The notes below the pieces were generated by a model. The model had not been told where the DNA came from. It saw only the letters and a program-made list of their open reading frames with translations, and made no database searches. Source: a virus. From it: 64,000 bases of DNA. The stretch is taken from IMG/VR virus record IMGVR_UViG_3300045988_171102, one strand, 5' to 3'. Made by a program: the position numbers and the translations under genes. Positions within the stretch are counted from its first letter, which is position 1, and each line of letters opens with the position of its first letter. Positions 56,366 through 64,000 of this stretch are shown here, piece after piece.

Positions 56366-59300
56366 ATGGCAGGAAACACTAATCATGAATCAACAATTTT
56401 AGTCACAGCTAAGTTGGATGAAGCTCGTAGTGCTGAAGTTATCAATAATCAATTAAAGACTATAAAATCAAAATTAAACAAGGTAGAAGTTGATATCGGT
56501 GTTAGTAAAGCAACTTTGTCTAAAGGTTTAGGAAATATTAAATCTGACATTCAGAAACAATTTTCAACAATTAAACTTGATTTAGGACAAGCTAATATTG
56601 ATAATTTACTTAATAAACAAAGCATAGAAGAAGCAAGGGTTAAATTGCAAAATTTAGCTGCTGAAATAGGTAAAGATTTAGGACAAATTGATAAAATTAG
56701 ATTTACTAATTTGCAAAATGGTCTTGTTGATTTTGAGCAAGGGACTCAAGCTGTTGTTACATATGTAGATAAACTTAATAATGGTTTAACAAGAACAACT
56801 GATTTAGTTTACAGAATGAATACGCTTGTAGATGAAAATAGTGGTGGGACTATTCAGGAAATGTCTGCAAATGTCTCTCGTATGATTGAAAATTATTCTA
56901 AAATGGATAAAGCAAAAAATCAAAGAGAGCAAGCATATTATGAAGAACTACAAAGAACGAATAAGGAATTAGCGGAACAAGAAAAACAACTTCAAAAAGT
57001 TGCACAGACGGAAAAAGCTGTTCGTAGTAACATGCACTCCGCTGGACAACAAATGTATAATTTGCCTACTCCTACTACTTCAACAGAAGCATCTGCAACG
57101 GCATATAGTGCAGTAGTGAGTCAATATGAAAAAATAATATTATTACAACAGCAATATAATAACAGCATGAATGGCACAGGCAAGCCATTGTCTACTGAAC
57201 AACAACTGCAATCGTTAAAACAAATTGATATTGAATATCAACAGTTGCTTGATTTGGTAAGTCAATATAAATCTGAGGTTACTTATGCTAATAAAGCTGC
57301 AAATAGTCAAAATCAAGCAGTTGCAAAGTTACAACAAGAAAATCAGCAACAATCTCTTTTAAATTCAAAAATTGAAAAAGCTCAAGCTGATATTATTGCT
57401 TTATCTAATGCTTGGACAAATATAAAGCGAAATCCTGTGTTGTTAAATGAATTAAATCAACTTATTGCTAAAAGTAAAGAGTTACACACTTCTGCTGACT
57501 TAACTGAATTCAATACACAATTAGGAGCTTTTAAATCAAAATGTAAAGCTGCTGGCGTTGCTACTGCAAGTTGGGTAAGTGGCATTAAAGATGCGTGGAC
57601 ACATTTTAGTTATTTTTTCGGTGCATCAAGAGTATTTTATGCCATTATTCAAAGGACTAAAGAGTTATATAATAATGTCAAAGAACTTGATACTGCTATG
57701 GTGGCTTTAAAAAAAGTTACTGATGAAACAAGTGGTACATATTCAAGATTCTTATCAGATGCAAAGCAGTCATCAAAAGAATTGGGTGCAAGTCTAACAG
57801 ACTTTGTAAACTCTACGGCTGATTTTGCAAAATTGGGTTATTCTATTAGTGATTCTTCCGAATTGGCTAAAGTGGCTACAATGTACTTAAATGTAGGCGA
57901 TGATTTAGATGGTATAGATGACGCTACATCAACCATTGTGTCAACTTTAAAAGCATTTAATATGACCGCAAGTCAATCAGAAAGTATTATAGATAAATTA
58001 AATGAAGTTAGTAACCGATTTGCAGTTAGTTCTGGTGACTTAGGACAAGGATTAGCAAATTCTGCGGCAGCATTATCAACGGCAGGCAATGATTTAAACG
58101 AAACAATTGCATTATTAACCGCTGGTACAGAAATTACTCAAAATGCCAGTGAAATGGGTAACTCTATTAAAGTGTTAAGTATGCGACTTCGTGGTATGAA
58201 AGGTGAATTAGAGGCACTTGGCGAAGATGTAGATGATAATGTTGAATCCATCTCAAAAATGCAAACTCAAATTTTAAATCTTACTCACGGTAAAGTCAAT
58301 ATATTTGAGTCTAATGGTGATTTTAAATCTACATATGAGATAATGAAAGAAATCAGTGAGGTTTATAGTAGTCTTACTGATCCTGAAAAAGCTCAGTTAT
58401 TGGAAACAATCGCCGGCAAACAGCGTGGCAACCAAATTGCTGCTATTTTAACAAACTTTTCTCAGGCTGAAAAATCATTAGCAGTATCTATGAACTCAAC
58501 TGGTTCAGCAGCTAAAGAACAAGCAAAATGGATGAATAGCATTGAAGGTCGTTGCAATCAATTGCAGTCTGCGTGGGAGTCTTTAAGTACAAGTATGCTT
58601 GATGACAAATCGGTAAAAAATACGATAGTTGGACTCACTGGATTGGTTGACGCTTTAGATGACATTATTAATACTATTGGTTTATTTCCTACTGTTATTG
58701 GTGCACTTGGTCTTGGTTTGCTAATAAAGAATATAAACAATATTAAATCTACTATAGTAGGCGTTAGTAGTGCATTATCTCAAGTCAATCAAGTAACCAG
58801 CCTTAATGCAAATGGACAATTGTTCACTCTTGATGCTAACGGAAATTCTACTGGTCAATTGACAGATGTTGCAATTATGAAATATCAGTCAGCATTGGAA
58901 GGATTGTCTGTTTCACAACAAAAAGCTGTATTGAGCAGTGGTGGATTAAATCAAGCAATGCAAGAACAAATTTTGTCAAGTAATCTTTTGGAAAATAGTA
59001 CAAAAACACTTTCTTTAACTGATACTCAATTGCTTTTGTCAACTGCAAATATTAGTGAAGAAGAATATGCGAATATACTTGCTTTTACACAAGGTAAACT
59101 TGCCGTTGATGGATTAACAGATGGCACAAGGCAATTAAGTTTAACAAATTTAATGTTATTAAAAGAACAAGGTCTGTTATCAGAGGCAACTTATAAGCAA
59201 GTTGAGGCTTATTTGGTGCAAAAGAATACAATGAGCAAGTTAAGTGGAGCTGGAGTTTCTTTAAAGGCTATGTTTAAATCTGTCGGCACATGGATTGGTA

Positions 59301-62254
59301 TAGCAACTATGGCTATTACTGCTGGCATTGCTATTTGGAACGCTTACGATCAAGCTCAGCAAAAAATTTATCAAGATACAATACACAAGGCACAAGAAAG
59401 CGCAAGTAGTATTGAAAAAGTTTATCAAGCATGGGACAGTTATGCGTCACTTGATAGTTCTGCAACTGAAAAAGAAAAGCAATCTGCAATTGACAATGTT
59501 AATGAGCAGTTAAAAAATAAAATTAAGTTATTAAAAGATACAACTGATGCAGAGAAGGAATATGCTGACGCTGTTAAAAAATCAAATTCAGAAGATTTCA
59601 ACAAAGCAAAAACTGATGCATATACTGCGGCAACGAAAGCAAAAGAAAAAATTAAGTCAAAATGGACTTCGGATTTTCAAAGAAGTATAGTATATAATGA
59701 TAAAACTAATGATGGTGATAAGCCCGAAATAAGTGATCAGGCTTATGGAATTATAAAAGACATATTAGGCAAATATGCTACTCAGAAATACACTAATGCC
59801 AAAGATATATATGGAAATGTAATTAGTGGTATTTCATATGGTCTTGGAGTAAATGTAGATACATCTAATATAAAATCTGTATTAGATTATTATGATAAAG
59901 TGCAAAAGGCTATTGCTGACATTGAAAGTGAGGCAGAAAAACTTGGCGGTAAACAGGGCGATAAATTATTGTCGTCTGATGTATATAATCGTTTGAAAAG
60001 TATATTTGCCGATGATGAAAGTAAACAAGATGATTTATATGACTTAATCAGTAACTATGTTGATAATCAAGCAAATTATATTATTTCAAATACAGAGTCT
60101 GCTCTTGGACTGCCAACAAGTACAGAAGAATTTGCTAAATTTAAAGAGTCTTGTGAAAAGGCTACCGATTCAGAGACTGTTCAAGAAGCTGTATTAAATA
60201 GACTGTCGGAGCTATTTCCTAAATTAGCACAAAATACAGAAGAGGCTACTACCGCTACTACTGCATGGAATTATTCTATTACATCATCTAAAGTTGATGA
60301 TAAACTTGGTTCTGCAAAAGATGCTTTAGATGATATCGGAAAAACTTATAAAACGCTTTCTGGCGTTGTTGAAGATTACAACACTAATGGATATTTAACA
60401 TTAGAAAATCTTGATAGTATTATTGATGCTGGTGACGATTATATAAGTGCATTGTTTAATGAAAATGGACAATTGGAATTAAATAAAAATGCTTATATTA
60501 AATTGGCAAAAGCTAAGATTGAGAATTTAAAGTATACACAATTACAGTCTGCTTTAAGCGATATAAATGCGTTATCAAACGCCACTGAAGTTGCTACGAC
60601 CGATAAATTAACTAATAGTACACTTAAACTAACTGAAGCAACTCTTACAATGGCTGCTGCTAAAAAAATTGCAGAAGGTATTGATCCGAAAAAAGTATAT
60701 GGTGTTATTGATAGGTATTCTAAAATCATTACTATATATGATGAGGCTGAAAATCAATTAGAAAATAATACTGATGCGTTTTTTGGTTATACAAAATCTA
60801 CCGATAAAGCTACTGATGCTTTAGAAAAACAAAAGGATACTTTAGAAAAAAATAAAGATGCTTTAGAAAAGCAAAAGGACGCTTTAGAAGATGCGAAGGA
60901 CTCAACAGAGAACGGTATAGATAGTATCAAAGACCTGATTGATTTAGTTCAGGAAATGATACAAAAAAATAAAGAACTTGAAAAAGAAGGTCTTGAAAAG
61001 CAAAAGAAATCTCAAGATGATATTATTGATAAATATAAAGAGCAGTTAGACCTTCAAGAAGAACAAATTAAAAAAGCAAAAGAATTAGCAGAAAAAGAAT
61101 CTGATGTAGCAAAAAATGCTTTAAGTGTTGCAATTACAGGTCTTGACGATTCTTCAGCGGGTAAAAAGGCAAATAAAGAAGCTCTTGATTCTTATAATGA
61201 TAGTAAAGATGATTTATCTGACACACTTAGAGAAGATACATATAATGATCGTATAGATGCTTTAGATAAGTTAAAAGAAGCTAATGATAAGTATTATGAT
61301 GATAAAATTCAGTTAATTGAAGATTATCTTGGTGATGAAGTACGATTATATAAAGATGCTTGTAGTATGATTGATAACGATAACGGACAATTGTATAGTC
61401 AATTATCCGCATATGTACAGCAATACACTACTACTTCTGAAGCCGAGTTTAATCATATGTGGACTGAGGCACAAAATGCTTTACAAGCATATAACACTGA
61501 TAATTTATCGACTATTGATTTACTTAATGTAATGCAAAATCATATCTATGATTTGACAGGACAAATTGAAATTTATCAAACTCAAATTGATAATGTTAGC
61601 GATGCTATTGATAGTGTTAGTAGTTCTATTAATACTATTAAGGATAACATTAATAATAATGCCAGTGCGATTACTAATAATGCACAAGCTGTTATGGACT
61701 ACACTGATAAAGCTAATAAGCTGAAAGAGGCATTAGGCGAAGCTGTAGAAAATGGTAAGAAATTTCGTAAATTATATGACTCTCCTATCGGTCCGGTTCA
61801 GCAAAGAAATTATAACAACCCTAAACCATTTTTATACGGATCTCCTATTGGTTTTGTGGCTGGTAAACACGCAAGTGGTACAAAATCAGCCAAAGGCGGT
61901 TTGTCTATTGTTGACGAAGAGGGCATCGGTTCAGAACTTATCCCTACATCTCTTGGCAATGGCAGATATACAATCTTACCACAAGGCAACCCTGTATTTA
62001 GCAAAGCGATGACAAATGAATTGTTTGAATTTGCGTCAGCCCCAACTGATTATTTTGCACAGAAGTTTGGCTCTGAAATAACACCGAATGTTGTGAACAA
62101 TAAATCAACTGTTGTTTCCCCTGTTATTAACATCAATGTGCAAGGTGATGCTACTCAGGCTACTGTTAATGCACTGCACAAGGAATCCGAAAAGATTATG
62201 AATAACACTATCAAAAGACTTATGTCATATACCGTAAATAACAGACATATTTAA
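56366..62254 (+). CDS. tail tape measure protein
   Basis: 1963 aa, highly helical and repetitive, with a TM-like central segment. ATG follows SD AGGTGGTGA. Confidence 0.8.
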   Translation: MAGNTNHESTILVTAKLDEARSAEVINNQLKTIKSKLNKVEVDIGVSKATLSKGLGNIKSDIQKQFSTIKLDLGQANIDNLLNKQSIEEARVKLQNLAAEIGKDLGQIDKIRFTNLQNGLVDFEQGTQAVVTYVDKLNNGLTRTTDLVYRMNTLVDENSGGTIQEMSANVSRMIENYSKMDKAKNQREQAYYEELQRTNKELAEQEKQLQKVAQTEKAVRSNMHSAGQQMYNLPTPTTSTEASATAYSAVVSQYEKIILLQQQYNNSMNGTGKPLSTEQQLQSLKQIDIEYQQLLDLVSQYKSEVTYANKAANSQNQAVAKLQQENQQQSLLNSKIEKAQADIIALSNAWTNIKRNPVLLNELNQLIAKSKELHTSADLTEFNTQLGAFKSKCKAAGVATASWVSGIKDAWTHFSYFFGASRVFYAIIQRTKELYNNVKELDTAMVALKKVTDETSGTYSRFLSDAKQSSKELGASLTDFVNSTADFAKLGYSISDSSELAKVATMYLNVGDDLDGIDDATSTIVSTLKAFNMTASQSESIIDKLNEVSNRFAVSSGDLGQGLANSAAALSTAGNDLNETIALLTAGTEITQNASEMGNSIKVLSMRLRGMKGELEALGEDVDDNVESISKMQTQILNLTHGKVNIFESNGDFKSTYEIMKEISEVYSSLTDPEKAQLLETIAGKQRGNQIAAILTNFSQAEKSLAVSMNSTGSAAKEQAKWMNSIEGRCNQLQSAWESLSTSMLDDKSVKNTIVGLTGLVDALDDIINTIGLFPTVIGALGLGLLIKNINNIKSTIVGVSSALSQVNQVTSLNANGQLFTLDANGNSTGQLTDVAIMKYQSALEGLSVSQQKAVLSSGGLNQAMQEQILSSNLLENSTKTLSLTDTQLLLSTANISEEEYANILAFTQGKLAVDGLTDGTRQLSLTNLMLLKEQGLLSEATYKQVEAYLVQKNTMSKLSGAGVSLKAMFKSVGTWIGIATMAITAGIAIWNAYDQAQQKIYQDTIHKAQESASSIEKVYQAWDSYASLDSSATEKEKQSAIDNVNEQLKNKIKLLKDTTDAEKEYADAVKKSNSEDFNKAKTDAYTAATKAKEKIKSKWTSDFQRSIVYNDKTNDGDKPEISDQAYGIIKDILGKYATQKYTNAKDIYGNVISGISYGLGVNVDTSNIKSVLDYYDKVQKAIADIESEAEKLGGKQGDKLLSSDVYNRLKSIFADDESKQDDLYDLISNYVDNQANYIISNTESALGLPTSTEEFAKFKESCEKATDSETVQEAVLNRLSELFPKLAQNTEEATTATTAWNYSITSSKVDDKLGSAKDALDDIGKTYKTLSGVVEDYNTNGYLTLENLDSIIDAGDDYISALFNENGQLELNKNAYIKLAKAKIENLKYTQLQSALSDINALSNATEVATTDKLTNSTLKLTEATLTMAAAKKIAEGIDPKKVYGVIDRYSKIITIYDEAENQLENNTDAFFGYTKSTDKATDALEKQKDTLEKNKDALEKQKDALEDAKDSTENGIDSIKDLIDLVQEMIQKNKELEKEGLEKQKKSQDDIIDKYKEQLDLQEEQIKKAKELAEKESDVAKNALSVAITGLDDSSAGKKANKEALDSYNDSKDDLSDTLREDTYNDRIDALDKLKEANDKYYDDKIQLIEDYLGDEVRLYKDACSMIDNDNGQLYSQLSAYVQQYTTTSEAEFNHMWTEAQNALQAYNTDNLSTIDLLNVMQNHIYDLTGQIEIYQTQIDNVSDAIDSVSSSINTIKDNINNNASAITNNAQAVMDYTDKANKLKEALGEAVENGKKFRKLYDSPIGPVQQRNYNNPKPFLYGSPIGFVAGKHASGTKSAKGGLSIVDEEGIGSELIPTSLGNGRYTILPQGNPVFSKAMTNELFEFASAPTDYFAQKFGSEITPNVVNNKSTVVSPVININVQGDATQATVNALHKESEKIMNNTIKRLMSYTVNNRHI

Positions 62255-62330
62255 TTGTATATTATGAATAAATGCCAACCCTTGTGACACAATAAATGTG
62301 TATATTTCATCCCGATTTTACAGAAAAGTC

Positions 62331-62360
62331 TTGACTTTTGCACAATATATAGTATATAAT
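62331..62360 (+). promoter_or_regulatory. sigma70-like promoter of the accessory cassette
   Basis: TTGACT, 18-nt spacer, TATAAT. Confidence 0.55.
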
Positions 62361-62460
62361 ACTTCTATGACGATTGTGACAGTAATACAATGCATGAGGG
62401 TTGGCATATACTGAACATAGTCATAATGATATAGGGCATAATAATGATAGGAGGATTTAT

Positions 62461-62709
62461 ATGAAAACTACCATTAAACCTAATGCCATAAAGATAGAAT
62501 ATAATCAAGACAGCTTTATGATTATGTTTGCCCAGATGGACGAAAATGAAAATATTCTTAATGAAATATGTATACAAGTAGATCCCAGAAATATGTTGTC
62601 TATTACTGCTCCTATAATAGAAGCAGTGTCAGGGTATCAGGACAATTACGATATAGATCTTGGTATGCGTATTCAAGTAAGAGAAAATGACGCTGCAAAG
62701 GAGGAATAA
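62461..62709 (+). CDS. hypothetical protein (82 aa), cassette gene 1
   Basis: Start moved to MKTTIKP, which follows SD AGGAGGA. Confidence 0.5.
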   Translation: MKTTIKPNAIKIEYNQDSFMIMFAQMDENENILNEICIQVDPRNMLSITAPIIEAVSGYQDNYDIDLGMRIQVRENDAAKEE

Positions 62710-62711
62710 CT

Positions 62712-63113
62712 ATGCATGCCTCAAAGTTGCAAGCGATTTCTGATATAGATAAAAAATATACTATTATCGTTGATTCAAATACAACGCATAAAATGCTTAA
62801 AAAAAATGCGTCAGTTGTTCAGGGGAAAAATTATGTAATTTCAAATCTCTTATATGAAAATGACTATTTAGAGTTTGCTTACAAGATTAAGCGTGTGTCA
62901 CCAGAAACAATTACGGTAGGCATTAGAAGATTATCTGAAAATAATATTGAATATTGGGTAATCTATGACCATCCCAATGAGCATCTATTGGATTTGGTGG
63001 CTGATGTATATATTGACAACCATCGTGACTTTAATTTCAATGTCGAGATTGTGAATATTAGTAAAGCAGAGATGAAAGAAGTTACTCATATTAGATTTCA
63101 AGACGAAGTGTAA
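62712..63113 (+). CDS. hypothetical protein (133 aa), cassette gene 2
   Basis: ORF in track; AAGGAGGAA SD upstream; 2-nt gap to gene 1. Confidence 0.5.
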   Translation: MHASKLQAISDIDKKYTIIVDSNTTHKMLKKNASVVQGKNYVISNLLYENDYLEFAYKIKRVSPETITVGIRRLSENNIEYWVIYDHPNEHLLDLVADVYIDNHRDFNFNVEIVNISKAEMKEVTHIRFQDEV

Positions 63114-63135
63114 AAATATATTTAAGGAACAGAGT

Positions 63136-63516
63136 ATGAATGAGAAAATATATAATACGCATATAGAACAAATGAATCATAATAAAAACTTCATAAGTTT
63201 TGGTATTAGCAATTCTAAGGAATCTTTTTTAGATTGGGAGATTGTAGCATATTTTTATACTGCTGTTCATTTGATTGAAGCTGTATTATGTAAAGAATGC
63301 GGTATTGATAGTGTAAATAGCCATCAAGAACGCAAAGAATATATATGTGATTTTACAAATATATTTTCTCATCAAGTGCAAAGAGATTATATTAAACTAA
63401 TTGCGTTAGCACACAAGGCACGATATACTGGGTTTGCTGTGGTGTCTGAACAGGATGGCAGGAATGCTCAAATGTGGTTGGAAAATATGGAATTTGCATT
63501 AAGTACATATATGTGA
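63136..63516 (+). CDS. possible HEPN-like helical protein, cassette gene 3
   Basis: WEIVAYFYTAVHLIEAVL ... LIALAHKARYTGF weakly resembles the HEPN helices and the terminal RY motif. Confidence 0.3.
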   Translation: MNEKIYNTHIEQMNHNKNFISFGISNSKESFLDWEIVAYFYTAVHLIEAVLCKECGIDSVNSHQERKEYICDFTNIFSHQVQRDYIKLIALAHKARYTGFAVVSEQDGRNAQMWLENMEFALSTYM

Positions 63517-63555
63517 GTACGACATTCTATTAAAAAGAATATTAAAAATATTTAA

Positions 63556-63587
63556 AGAGAAGATGAAATTTCATCTTCTCTTTTTTA
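63556..63587 (+). terminator. intrinsic terminator ending the cassette
   Basis: AGAGAAGATGAAA/TTTCATCTTCTCT palindrome followed by T6. Confidence 0.65.
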
Positions 63588-63602
63588 TTGCAAAATTAAA
63601 AG

Positions 63603-63626
63603 AAAGGCTGCCGGTTGACAGCCTTT
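63603..63626 (-). terminator. terminator for the minus-strand gene 63631..63843
   Basis: AAAGGCTG-(8 nt)-CAGCCTTT, with a T-rich run on the minus strand. Confidence 0.5.
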
Positions 63627-63630
63627 TGTG

Positions 63631-63843
63631 TTACTTAGATTGTTCCATTTCGTGAGCTAAATAATGTATTGACTCATGATAAGTACACCAATAACTGTTA
63701 TTAGCTCTTGGTCGGTCACATCCATCTTCAATACAAGTTGATGAACAATTTGAGCCAATCAATGAAAGTAACAGTATTACGCCCACTATAATGCCAATGG
63801 TAATCAGTTTTCCACTATTGTTTTTAGTGTTATTTGCATTCAT
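63631..63843 (-). CDS. small membrane-anchored Cys/His-rich protein
   Basis: ORF in track. One TM helix, then CSSTCIEDGCD...WCTYH. Confidence 0.5.
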   Translation of the reverse strand: MNANNTKNNSGKLITIGIIVGVILLLSLIGSNCSSTCIEDGCDRPRANNSYWCTYHESIHYLAHEMEQSK

Positions 63844-63942
63844 TATTCTTCACTCCCTTTTTGTTTTATTTTACCATAATATTTTTATTTTTACAAGTAA
63901 GATTATATATTTATCTATGTTTTTATTAAGGAGGTGTTTTGG

Positions 63943-64000
63943 TTGTTTAGAGATTGTTATTTTACTTACAACGATGTGTACTCAGGTGATTATAATTTAA
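63943..64000 (+). CDS. start of a distal-tail-like protein (partial, runs off the right edge)
   Basis: AAGGAGG SD, then 8 nt, then TTG. (M)FRDCYFTYNDVYSGDYNL resembles the usual N-terminus of siphovirus distal tail proteins (recalled, not verified). Confidence 0.35.
   Translation, partial: MFRDCYFTYNDVYSGDYNL

Noticed and set aside
3126-61810. Many short ORFs in the track lie antisense to, or nested within, long CDSs. Examples: 3126..3323+, 4326..4616+, 4447..4656-, 4580..4867+, 5304..5573-, 5929..6216+, 9417..9632+, 9679..10008+, 16374..16691+, 18697..19023+, 19230..19652+, 22244..22483+, 23419..23694+, 23839..24099+, 26418..26642-, 38587..38772+, 42082..42360-, 49180..49494-, 50308..50622-, 52964..53227-, 58558..58740-, 60493..60729-, 61752..62012+.
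   Set aside because: They overlap better-supported genes on the other strand or in another frame. They have low-complexity, hydrophobic, AT-driven composition and lack SD sequences. These are typical spurious ORFs of AT-rich DNA.

Overview
This window is AT-rich (about 30% G+C by eye, not computed) and reads as a tailed dsDNA phage or prophage-like genome, probably temperate. The SD-like GGAGG/GGTGA sequences suggest a low-GC Gram-positive host. Genes lie in two divergent arms. Positions 1-32141 are almost all minus strand. They hold a replication/recombination module (RecJ-like, primase, DnaB-like helicase, Sak4-like ATPase, SSB-like), many small unknown ORFs, two tRNAs and a tyrosine integrase. 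They also hold MazF-like and HicA-like toxin genes, an XRE regulator and a methyltransferase-SNF2 helicase fusion. Positions 32235-64000 are plus strand. They hold an RHH protein, a Rep-like wHTH protein, a YonO/RdRP-like single-subunit RNA polymerase, a metallophosphoesterase and a second tyrosine recombinase. Terminase, portal, scaffold, capsid, tail genes and a 1963-aa tape measure follow, and an accessory cassette with its own promoter sits before the distal tail gene. The arms meet at a 2.4-kb ORF-free region (32574-34970) dense in repeats, hairpins and promoter-like sites. The most interesting signals are non-coding or unannotated:
- the RdRP-like RNAP;
- the ORF-free switch/ori region, with three stem-loops sharing the apex GC-GUUA-GC;
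- a small plus-strand RNA candidate whose sequence is complementary to those apexes and to the SD-start region of the small-terminase-like gene;
- three plus-strand promoter-terminator mini-units inside the minus arm;
- a 16-nt motif co-oriented with transcription;
- a hammerhead (type II)-like ribozyme core;
- two toxin genes with no recognisable antitoxin ORF.
All calls come from reading the sequence and motifs by eye. No searches, folding or statistics were run.
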